In this document: positions 11,801 to 23,135 of the stretch, piece after piece
Layout of the letters: the number at the start of each line of letters is the position of its first letter
Position numbering within the stretch: the first letter of the stretch is position 1
Origin: Yuukianura sp. NJ FZ-2021
Lineage: Eukaryota
DNA: 64,000 bases
Direction of reading: 5' to 3'
Assembly: GCA_046563655.1 (NCBI GenBank)
Contig: CM102285.1
Span: 10,230,001 to 10,294,000 of the forward strand
Made by a program: the position numbers and the translations under genes
Notes under the pieces: model-generated
The model's input: only the letters and a program-made list of their open reading frames with translations
Databases searched by the model: none
What the model was told of the DNA's origin: nothing

Positions 11801-14800
11801 CATTATGTACGCCGCATGTCGCAGTGAAAGGCGCTACAAAGGAAACAAAAATGGCAAAACTTAGTTTTGATTGATGACAAGCTTTCACTCTATCTTGTTT
11901 GAGGCGTTTTTAAACAAAAACGACTCACTAAATGCAAAGTTTCAAAAAAGCACAAAAATGTATAGTTTTTGAGGACTTTCCGGGCTGGATTTCTTAAGTT
12001 TTTGGAAATCGTAGTAAAAGCAAAGGTGTTTGCATTAGTGCATCACTTAAATTTGGCGTAACTGCTGAGAGTTAGGTTAAGTTCAAGTGCTTTTACCTTG
12101 TTGAGATGCATCGCATGTGTGATGGCGTAGTGCCTTTCCATTGTTATTACGGCAAGAGTGTACACTGAAAGTTCAGAACTTAGGACGCCAAGGAATCCAG
12201 CCGTTTGACAAGCCGTTGACCACTGCCACGGAATGGCGTACTTCCGGAACTCTCCAAGTGTTGCCGCATCCACAACAGCCAGAAACCCTAAACAAAGATT
12301 TAGAACGGACGGAAGTGTGTTGTGGACGTTCAGACGATGGCGTCGGATTTCACAAGCTACTCGTAAATCCTTACCTAGATAAACTCCCATAAAGAAGTCA
12401 GCAATGGCCAAATTGCAAACAAGGAACCGTGGAACGTCCATTTTCGTCCGTGCAAATACCAGTACAAAAACTACTGTTCCATTTCCCATGAGAGCCAACA
12501 GAAACACAATCCAGACGCCGCAGCGTAGAGTCCACCAGTCAAATAAATCATTACAGGGCATAAATGGTCCTGTTTGAACACGAATTAGAACAAAATACTT
12601 TTAGAACGCTGAGAAAATAAAACTAAAGTGTGGAAAAGACATAAAGAAAATCCTTGCTATCAGAAACAACAATGGAAAGAATCTTGTTTGTTTTGAAATG
12701 TTTTAGTAGGGGAGCTGACATTTATAAATAAGCAACTTCAGGCTCATTACAGAACTGTTTTCTGGCAAGTTGTAGTGTTGATGTTCATGAATTTTTCATT
12801 TCTTGACAAATTACGCAGAAATGTGAAAATGAACAAGCCGGAAGTTCTTTCTCGCTTAAAAAGCGACTGTCACGAGGACTTTAAAAAATTGGAGATTATT
12901 TGCCAAAAACAATTTGTTTCTCCACTCTCTTTCAGTTTTTCGCGTTCTCAGCTCTGAAGTGTTCCGGAACGAAACTAAATTCTAGTCAATTTGGACTTTC
13001 CAAGTGGAAAGTAAAGTAGATGTAAATAGTTTTTGAAAATGTGTTTCCAAATACCGGGTTGCGGGATGCAGTTGATGTCTCTGGAGTATTGATGTGATCC
13101 ACGTGGAGAGAAGATATCATTTGCAGAAGGACTTTCAAACGGAAGCATCTCTGTCGTGCCACTTCCTCCAGAAAATGTTTTCATAAAATCTTCAGCAAGT
13201 TCTCCATGATCCGAAAAGTTTGCTAGAAAATTCAGTTAAAAAGAAAAGGAAAACTTAGTTTTCTTCTCCATTTTTGGTTGAGGTAAGCTTTAACGAGCGC
13301 CATTGTAGCCGCACAGTGTAGCCGCCGGCGGCCATCTTGAGTGGCTACAATGGGTGGCTACGCTTGAGCGGCAACATTTGTAGCCGCCTGTGAGAAAATT
13401 TCCCTTGTCGCCACTCAATTGTAGCCGCACATACAAAATAACGCCGGCAACACTGTTTTAAAATTAGATACTAAATCCAGCCTAGCCTAAAGAGAAACCT
13501 CTAATCACTATTGTCAAGCTTAACCTAACCTAACACCGCGCCTTGAAACAGTATTCTCCAACCAGGCAACCTTCTATAGTGTATAGTTCTTGTGAATTCA
13601 GTTATATTTTCCCGCGCCGAAGGCGCGGTGTTAGGTTAGGTTACGTTAGGTCGTCTTGGATTATGTTTACAATAGTGATTACAGATTTTTGGTTGGGTTA
13701 GGTGTTTTTTCGGGACCTTTTTTTGTGCATTGTTGCCGGCATTATTCAGCATAGGCGGCTACAATACAGTGGCTACAATGCAAAATTTTCCACGGGCGGC
13801 AACATTTGTAGCCGCTCAAGCGTAGCCACCCATTGTAGCCACTCAAGATGGCCGCCGGCGGCTACACTGTGCGGCTACAATGGCGCTCGTTAAAGCTTAC
13901 CTCAACCCAATTTTTAGAATTTAGAATAGTATCGGCTAACATCCGGATAAAATTATAACAATCTTTGTGGTAGAAAATAAAATCAAAAGTTCTACTAATT
14001 AGTTCAGGATTTTTAACGTAACCAGCAGCATAGCATAATTCTCTCTTTTAAAACCTTTCTGTTTAAAAACTGTTCAAAAAACGTTCGAAATCAAAAGGTT
14101 TCTGTTTGAATGCAACATTCGGAATCAGCATCCGAAACACGTAGGGAACATGAAAGCTTAAAAGCGTCTTTTGATTTCTCTGTGTTGTTCCTTCTAACGC
14201 TCAAACGTCATTTGTTCAAGCTTAGAATCCAAGTCAGGGAGCGTCTTTTTGTAGCTACGCAATGAGATCTCTGTGCCTCTCAATCTAGATGCCAATAAAA
14301 GAAAAGTAGGCTGGATTTGCTTTCACTATTGGCAGAAACTGAAAGCAAAAGTAAACTAAACATAAAGACGGGAGCCACTTAAACCCTCTCCCCATTGTTT
14401 CTCACCACTTTGTATGGAGAGGCAGAGAGGGAAGTAATAGAAATTTGTGCAGATTAGTATTGTCTTGCCTTTCATTAGACTCAAGCAAAAGGAACGCCAA
14501 GATAGTAAAGACTTTACTCACCGAGTCCTGGCCATAATTCGGAGAGATTTAGCGTGGATAAGGCTGAGTCAAAGTCCTTGTCCGTGGGATATATGACCTC
14601 TTCTTGGAGGGAGGTTTCCAACCCCGAATTGGGATGTGGACCAAGTGAGTATCTGACGGAGTTGAAGAGGCAGCAGTGGTAGGCGTACGACAAAACGAGA
14701 GATCTCACACGCGGAAATGACTCGGGCCCAGGGAATTCACGCAGATTTGGATTGTTGAAGGTTTTCAAATGGATGAGACCAGAGAGACCGTCGGCAGGAA

Positions 14801-17800
14801 GTTCTGGAAAGATGTTGTTGCCCAGGTTTCTGGAGAGGAGAAAAAAGAAATTTGAAATGGGATTTGTGTGAATAGTGTTAACGTCTCAATCGACTTTTGC
14901 ACTTGAAGAAGTGAACAGGGAGGGAGAGTGGGCTTGAACAAATCTAAACTTCCAACAAAACTTTCTTTAGAAAGAGAAAGTTCAATGAAATTGGAAATGG
15001 AATAGGCCAATGTCCTTCTATTTTGTAAGGGCACGTACAAATCTTCCAGTTTCACTGTTGGTGTAAATGCTTCTGGGTGGATGTGTGAGATGATATTGTA
15101 GCTCATGTCTCTGAAAAAATCCAAAACAAGGTGGAATTTGTTTTCAAAATTTCAAATTTGAATTGCCGAGTTGAAAATTTTTTGCTCACAAGGTTCTAAG
15201 ATTTCGTAGTCCAACGAGAGCTTCTTGACTGAGCCCAGTGATTCGGTTGCTTCTGAGATGCAAGTCGTGAAGATCAGTCAAGTATTCGAAACTTCCATCT
15301 CCAACTTCCTCAATTGCATTTGAGCTGAGATCTCTGTTTAAGTTGGAAATTCACAAAAATTTGAAAATTGGACATATTTTGAAAACTCTTTTTGAAATGC
15401 TTTAGATTTGAGATTTCTCAGAGTGAAGCTTACAGTATGCGAAGTTCTTTGCATTCATTGAGATCAGGAATTTGTGTTATACGGTTTGATTTGAGATCAC
15501 TGCAAGGAATACAAATAAAAAGAGATTGAGACACTTCAAAGGTCGAATGCTTCCGAATTTATTTGTTCTCTGTATTTCTTTTGTTATTGCAACAAGAAAG
15601 CCAACGTATCGTTTATTTCTGCTCCAATATCTGTCACGTCCATTTGACTTTCTCTATTGACTTTCACCCGGAACACTCTTTTCGTGATAAAGATAAAGAG
15701 AAGGAGAGATGTGATTCTTTCGTAAATGGGAAACCATCGTAGGACACAAAGCTTCCATAAAACACAAAGACTCTTAGATTTCTTTTACTTTCACCTTCTT
15801 TTTGAAAATAAAAATCCAGAAATGCAATTCTGATTGGGCAAGATTTAAGAGGAAATTCGTGTTTCAAATTCCTGATTCTTTTATAATTTACATTCACAAA
15901 TCACACACAAAATTTTATCAAAGAAACTTAGCTTTCATAGGCGTTATTTGTCCGAAAAACAAAAATTTTGGTGAAAGTGAACTTTCTAGGGCCATCTATA
16001 AGGGGAAAGGGCGATGACCTGGAACTGCTTTCAGATTTTATAAAATGGATTTTCATGAAAAGTTGAGCTTTTCAAAAATTCAATTTGAAATTTTTTTTTG
16101 TTGAATATCGATCAACAAATCTCAATTTGATGATGGTTTATACGCGTCGCTGGAAACTGGATGCTAACTCGTAAGCTTAACGAACATGATTTAGTTTGTT
16201 AGGGGATCAAATTTTTAGAATCCATTTTAAGACTCTTTCAACTTTTTTAAAATTCAAAAAATGTTGACTTTTAACGGATAAGTTTGAAAAGCTGCTTTGA
16301 GCTTCACTTTGTTAGTTTAGTTTAGAATCAGCTTCACGTCCAAGATTTGAAAAGCTGTTCCCATTTCATTCCTACAGGCGTTCGTATCCATCTTAATTTA
16401 AAAGTCACCCGTTGTGTCGTGAAAGTCGATTTGTAGTTGTAAGCGAAAAGCTCAAAAATTCTTTAAAAAACGCTTTTTGAAAACGAAAAAACACGAAAAA
16501 TGAAATGACTTACAGGCTTTTGAGCTTTGGTGTGAAAGTGCAGAGAAGGCGTGGGACTGTTGTCAAAGAGCAGCGGTCGATCCGAAGCACTTCTACTGAC
16601 GTTGTTCCATTCAAGTGTGGAAAATCTGTCAAGTTCTTCACGTCCGATAAAATCCTAGTTTACATTTAGAAAGCACAAAAGACATCAAAACCTAGTCAAA
16701 ATCCATCAAACCTAGTCTAAAATGCAATATAACCTTAACAAAGCACATCTACTCAGTTCTATTGTTAAGATGCCTATAGTCGGAGATTTTTTTCAAAATT
16801 TCATATTACTTTTAAAAATTCGGGGTTGAAACCTAAAGAGGATTAGGAAAGTAAATCATAAACACTCAAAACAAAACAGGGTGAAAGTTTTTTTTTGAAA
16901 GATTGTCTTTTTTGATGAAATATGACTGTTTCAAACAAAAAATTGTGTCGAAATTTGAAAATGTATTGAAAAATTGGAAAACTTTGCAAAAAATGTTTTT
17001 GTCACATTGCTGTGCGAGTTTAAGAGCAACGGAGTGACTGGTTTCTGCGCCGTCTTAATGGAGTTGTAAAAAATTCTTTGCCTGTCATCACTAGTAGTGA
17101 GATTATAATTGATGATCACTTAATTCTTCAAGTTAGGATTTGCTTAAGCTTCCGTAATGTTGCTGGTGGACTAATTTGATTGCTTGAGTGGTTGGAATTA
17201 GAATTAGTAGAAAACAAATTAGAAGCTAAGAAAATGGCGGAGAAAGTTTTACGGACTGCTTTCTCCAAACTTCAAATGGAAATAGACTGTTCTCCAGAGG
17301 AAAGGAAGAGGATGATAATTATTATTAGGAGTATTAATGTACTTAAAGCCGAAAACATTAAGTCTCATCTGGTGCAAGAGAATATTAGAGAGAAGGAAGA
17401 GGAACTTCTGGAAGTCTGGAATTAGGCTAGCTATAGTCATTTGTGGAAAGTAGTCTTCTAGAGAGTTCATTTCTCATCTAAACTTTCTCCGCCACAACCA
17501 AAGGGACTTACTTGGGATTGAAAACAATGACAGAGAGAAAGTTTTCGCTCATTTAGCCCAAGTTGTGGTGAGAAGGTGTCATACTGAAAGACTCAAAATG
17601 TTGGAAGATGAGACTTACAGCTTTTTAAGATGTACGAGGTTAGTGAACCCGTCTGGATGAATCCACTCAATAGGATTTCCCCGAATTTCCAGTAGAATAA
17701 TTTTCGGAATTAGTGTTTGTAGTGGAAGGTCAATTTTCAGGATTTTGTTGTTAGCGAGAGATCTGAAATCAAATTCACATCAAATCAATACAAACTTTTC

Positions 17801-20800
17801 ATTCTTTCACCGTTTTCACTTACAATTCACTGAGATGAGGTAGTTTGGATAAAGCTTCTGGAATTGTTGTGAGGAGATTGTCATTGAGTTCCAAAATTTT
17901 GAGAAATTTGAATCCTTCAAACGCATCTTCCTCAATTTCTTCAATGAAGTTATGGCTCAAATTCCTGAAAAATAGAAAATTGAATCCAAAACAGTTTCTA
18001 TGAAAACCTTCATTCACGGAAACTAAGCTCCCGTTTGAACAACTTCCAGATTTCATACTTGCAGATTCGCTTGCGCTATTTTCCCGCTGTCGCAAGAGTG
18101 AGTCTTTCAAAAATGAAGCCTCAATGGTTGACAATCTGTATACTTGGTTTCTACTGCTTGGAATGCCCCACCTCAACTACTGCCGAAGAACACAGTGATA
18201 GTGACGGTCACTCTCACTACGTTGAACTGTACAAGGTTTACAAGGGATGTGGTTTTATCAAAACTTGTATCAAAATTTGCCTCAGTACTGGATCTGGTGA
18301 CAATGGATGTTCAACGTGCATTAAACACAAAAGTTGCCCTGCGATTGTTACACTTCGACAGGAACGAGGAGAAATTCATGTTCAAATGCTTATGAGACAA
18401 CTCAGTCTTCAAAGTGTGTTTATTGCAACTGGAATTGCTCATGAGAAAAGCATGGTAAAGTTCCAAATTGCGAATTTTGAAAAGAAAATCTTGAAATTGT
18501 ATAATTTCCATTTTGAAACGTAGCTCAACGCTCCCTTCGTAGCCTGCGTCCATCGGCCACTTAAGACGGACAAACAAAGAATCATTCTGTTTACTGGCTA
18601 CACCCACTCAGATCATTCGCACATCAATTACTTTGACGTAAATGATCAAAAGTAGTTGTGTTTTCTAAAAATCTGTGTTCGAAGTTTTTAAAACAACGCT
18701 GTATGATTCTACACATAGGGTAATGTCTCCTCCCAGCAACTTTTTCACGACGCCAAGCTAGAGACAATTCCAGTTCGAAACCAACCTAGGCCAGCCCTTT
18801 ACTGTGAATTTACGTGGAAGTCTAAGTTCAGCGTTAAACAACTTCCGCAAAACAATGACTTCAGCCTCACCGAGAACCCGTATTTCATTATTGCATCGAC
18901 GGGAAATACTGGCCACAGAGAGGAAGTGGACTGTGAGTGTAACAGTAACTTCAGCGTAACTAATTTAACCAGCACTTATAATCTATGAGATTTTTTCGAA
19001 ATTTTATACTCAGGGGCCTTGGGCGGACATTCTCATAACGAAAATGGTCGAGTGGTTACACAGCAAGCGTTTCTCCTAACCAAACCTGTAAGAAATCTAG
19101 AAGTGCTGCTAATTTGAGACTTATGACTTTTTTTAAATCCAATAAACGTTTTCCATTAACAAATTGCAGAGGAACAATGATGCGGACTATGATGAGGACT
19201 ATGATTGCGAACAGCATAGTTGTAGATCGCCTCCAACAAACATGCCCGTTGCCTTACTCGTTCTGCCAATTCTAACTTTTAATTTCTGGATTTGAAATCA
19301 TTAGAAAATGAAAAAAGTACTTACAGCATGTACAACTTTGGGATGGACTTCAAGTCCAAGCGTCTCAACGTCCGAATCCAGTTGTAGTCAAGTCTCCTGT
19401 AATCCAAAATAAAAATTTCCACAGTTTTTAATTTATTGAAAAAGATTAAAAAGAAAGAAGTTGATTGACCATCGACTCACAAAATTTCGATTTTGGAATT
19501 GAATCGCAGTATTTCATTGGGTATTTGTCGAAATTGATTCCTTGAGAGCGTCAATTCTTTCAACTCCAAAAGATTTACAAATGCTGCTTCTTCGATTGTT
19601 ACCAACTTGTTGGAGTTTAAATTCCTGAAAAACAAGAAGATAAAATTCGAATTTTGAAGAAAACTTAAAAAAAGTACTGAAAATTTGGAAATTGTAGTGC
19701 CGTTCTTACAGTTCCTGAAGTTGAGAAAGGTGAGAGAAAGTTGACACTCCAATTTTTGTCAAATTGTTTTGACTTAAATTCCTAAAAGTAAAAATAAATT
19801 CTACAATCTGAATTTGGTCAAAAATCAAAAAAGTTTAAATATATATCTCCTCTCAAAGTTCGAAAAGTGTCTCATTTTTCAGTTTTTCTTTTAAAACAGA
19901 AAATTTTGCATAAACTTTTTTTTTATTAAAAAATTAATGAAGTGTAAATTCCGTTGGCAGTCGCCTCCCGTTTTTAGCACTTTCTCTACAATGTGTTTAC
20001 TGTAATATTTAATAAATAATCCTGTTTTTAATTCAATTTGCTGTTCAATAAATTGTTCTCCGTATCTTGACTGCCTGTTAATACCCTACCAGGGGAAGTT
20101 CCTGCTCATAATTCACTTCGTAGAAAATGGATATTCTGTGCATGGGTGAGCATAATTACAAGATTTATACATCCTATCAGTCTCATTATCCAGATACTTT
20201 TCAGATCAGAACCAAAGTGTTTTGGCAACAGACTCTTCCTAAATCTAGGCTCAAAGAATCTCTGTTCTGCTCTGCTTTAAATTAGAGTTAGTAGTAGCAG
20301 AGTTCAAAAAAAGTAGGACGCTTTACGACTAAAATCTATCTTAATTTCCGGTTAAATACGAAACAAATGGGTAGAATTAAAATTAAATCCAGTCCAAATA
20401 GTGACTGCTGCTGCATCTGCTTGGGAGTTCTTGATAGAGAAAAAAAAAGAAAGAAAAAAAGTCTGTGGAAGAATTACTGCTGGTTTTAATTCCCATTTTT
20501 CTGGAACTAATTCCCTTAGTTTGGCATAATTATGATTCAGTAGGAACCATAAAGAAAAGCTTATGTTGGAACCCAAACTGCGTGGCACTCTGAGATTAGT
20601 TACTTCCGCCTTTGCACTTTCCCCTTTACGCCATAAATACGCAGAACGGGACCAGAGAAAGTAACTTCTTTTTCTGCCCATTCAGCTCCTTATGACTTCC
20701 TGGTCCAAGATGACTTATTTTCTATTAATTTTCCTTTTCGCGACTACTATCTTGATGATTCCACACAAAGTTTCACAGACTTAATATAACTTAAGCCTAA

Positions 20801-23135
20801 CCTAACTGAACATAATGCCTAACCTAACGGAGCATAAGCAGCCTAACTGGAAGAAACGCAGAAAGTTCAGAAAGAAATTAGGAGTTAAAAACATTTTTGC
20901 TCGAAAGCTTCATATTAAAGCACAGTTGGTGAAAGTTGGGAAGAAAGCAGCCGCTGGAGTCCAGAATTATTAAAAAATTATTCCACCCAACGGTGCCTTA
21001 AGGCAGGCGATTATCATTTTCAAATTTCAGAATTTAAAAAAAGAAAGTTGAAAAGGGAGAGGGATGCTTGAATTCTTTTCTGCATAAAATTTGAAGAAAA
21101 ACGACGAGAAGGGAAACTTTGTATAGAGTCTGACAACTTTATGTTTATGACTACTTGCGGATTCTGTCGGAACTCATATATGAAATGGTGTATAATCATT
21201 TGTTGTAAAGAAACTTTTCCCACCCGCCCTCGTTTTGAAACTTGAAAAAGGAAGTGAAAGCCTTCTGGAATGAAGCAGAAAGGAAAAGTGTTTTCTTCAA
21301 GTACGTTAGGCCGCCCTCAACAGGAGACAGAACCTCATCTGATGCCTCTTCCTTGGGATACACTAACTTATGTCATCAGATAACTCATACAGACTTAACG
21401 CACAAACTACTTTCACCACCGCTGCTGCCTCATCTTCTTGGGAATAAAGAAAGAACCTAGGCGAAAAAAGAACCATTATTCAAATAACTTCGGTGGTCTC
21501 CACCTTTTTCTGACGGGGAAAATTATACCGACGGGGGAAACGGAAAAATTATACAGGGTAGTCCAGATTAAAATTATATCTTGGAAGGAGACTCAGAAGT
21601 TAATGGTTCTGGTGAAAGCTGCGTTTTGACACAGCAGGGAGATGGAGATGACCTCGATTAACTCCATGTACGAGACCAGAATTTAGTGTCGACACGCAGG
21701 AGTCATGCAGGAAAGGAAGTAAACGAGTTACTCAACGGAAAACTTGCAGTTCTTGTGCATTTTTGACCAAGAACTGAGTTCGGTAAGTAAAAAAAAAGTC
21801 TTGAATTGCAATCAGGAATTAATTTTGTTGAAGATTTCATTGTTAAAATCAAATGAATACCTAAAAACACATTTACTTTTTTGCTTGTTTTTAACATACT
21901 CTAAAATGTGCCAGAACTTCAGTTGGGTTGGCCATTCCTAGGAGGATTTGGACGTTATTTGGAACGAAAGCATTCGAATTTGATACCCGGTTTTGTAGGA
22001 GTTTCTGTTTTAACACAAAACACGCCCTAATTTCATAAATCCTAATCCAGGATTTGTAGTCCAATCCATGGGATCTGCGAAAAACTTTTGCAGACAACAC
22101 TTGGAACCGTTTCTGAAAATTTGAACAAATATCTCAGCAAAAAACAGCTTTTTGCGGTTCTTTAATCCAAAACTTACTCATTCAAGTGGATTTTCTTTTA
22201 TTTCAATTTTGAGTCCATAAATCAGAGGAGGGAATAAATCTTAAAGGGTTTACTGCAAAAGGCTTTCCCCAGATTTAAAAAAAGAGGAAGAGGACATAGA
22301 GGGATTTGAGTGACTTATTGAAATCATGCACAAACTTAAGAGCTTCTCGACTTTCACCAACATTCCAAAAGCTTTTAAGGAAACCAAGATTTATATGTTA
22401 GCATTTTAACTTAAAACTCACTCTTTACCCCTATTTTCAAAATATTTGGATTACGAGTTTGTTCAACTTTTACTTTTTTTTAAGTTCCTTCTAAAGTCAT
22501 AATTCTTTAGAGCTTAAGTATTTCAGTTTTAGGTTTAAGGGTAATAATTTTAAGTACTAACTTAGTGGAGAAACCTGGGGTTGAAGAAAATGAAAAAAGA
22601 AAGCAAAAATGAAATGTAAAAACTATGATGTCTCAAAACCGAGTTCAAAGTTCTCATTTTGAATTCAGTTGAATTTGAATTGGTTCAATTTGAGTAAAAT
22701 CCAATTTGAAAAGTTCGAAACTTTAACGTTTACTCATTTGTTTCACTCTGCTTCTGAACCAGAAAATGAGATCTTTGATGAAGTCAAGCAAAAGAAGGAG
22801 CCGAAAGACGCAAATGATCTTAAAGGTTTTCCAGAAACACAAAATTTAAAATTCAAATTTAACAGTTTAGTTACTTACAGTTTTTTGGTAATTGGTGAAA
22901 TACCAGATGGAACTGACGTCAAATGAAGTCCCTGACAGTTGACTGTTGGAAATTTTGTTTCTGAACAGGAACAGGCTGTTGGACACAGAATGTTTTCCAT
23001 GTCATCTTGAATTTCACGTTTTCCATGGTGCGAAGCCAGTGCTTCTACGGTACTCATCCAAAAGATGTTTAAAAATAACGCCAAGAGCGGTAGGAGGATG
23101 ACTCGAGTCTTCAAAATCCAAACTGTCAAATTCAT
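8830..23135 (-). CDS. rk: Leucine-rich-repeat GPCR, type B LGR (bursicon receptor rickets/LGR2)
   Basis: Signal peptide plus LRRNT CPTACSC (22875-23135). Many 72/144-nt LRR exons. Hinge YAYHCC. 7TM region PCNDLFDWWTLRCGVWIVFLLALMGN..MDVPRFLVCNLA..ERHYAITHAMHLNK..SQAWNSNDTRIAKRMALLVFTD..NSCCNPFLYAILTKQFKKD. Long Ser/Thr-rich C-tail to the stop at 8830. Confidence 0.95.
13276..13907. mobile_element. Non-autonomous foldback DNA transposon (MITE), 632 bp, in a rickets intron
   Basis: 97-bp perfect terminal inverted repeats (13276-13372 / 13811-13907) starting GGTTGAGGTAAGC. Imperfect inverted similarity continues to about 13543/13621. Flanks CCATTTTT and CAATTTTT form an 8-bp TSD with one mismatch. 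No coding capacity. Confidence 0.9.
18113..19295 (+). CDS. Nested antisense gene: 289-aa secreted or GPI-anchored DOMON-domain protein (ferric-chelate reductase 1/FRRS1-type DOMON), exons 18113-18454, 18524-18637, 18719-18932, 19014-19087, 19170-19295
   Basis: Five GT-AG exons splice in frame (870 nt). Signal peptide MKPQWLTICILGFYCL. Cys motif CGFIKTC, then VFIATGIAHEKSM-LNAPFVACV, LYCEF, FSLTENPYFIIASTG and GGHSH. Hydrophobic C-terminus PVALLVLPILTFNFWI*. Confidence 0.8.

Noticed and set aside
12288..12374. 87-nt stop-free, in-frame intron in rickets; the ORF track reads through it
   Set aside because: It has canonical GTAAGG...TTTAG sites, and retention would insert 29 aa into TM2. Most likely an ordinary intron that is in frame by chance.
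13702..13893. 63-aa ORF inside the MITE
   Set aside because: It lies in the GC-rich TIR arm and has no transposase motif.
13276..13907. Short repeated TGTAGCCGC units resembling a CRISPR-like array
   Set aside because: The units are 7-9 bp, irregularly spaced and mirrored within TIRs. The context is eukaryotic and there are no cas genes.
21501..21575. GACGGGG..AAATTATAC direct repeat followed by TACAGGGT, similar to a Tc1/mariner TIR start
   Set aside because: No matching inverted end was found, and it is too short to call.
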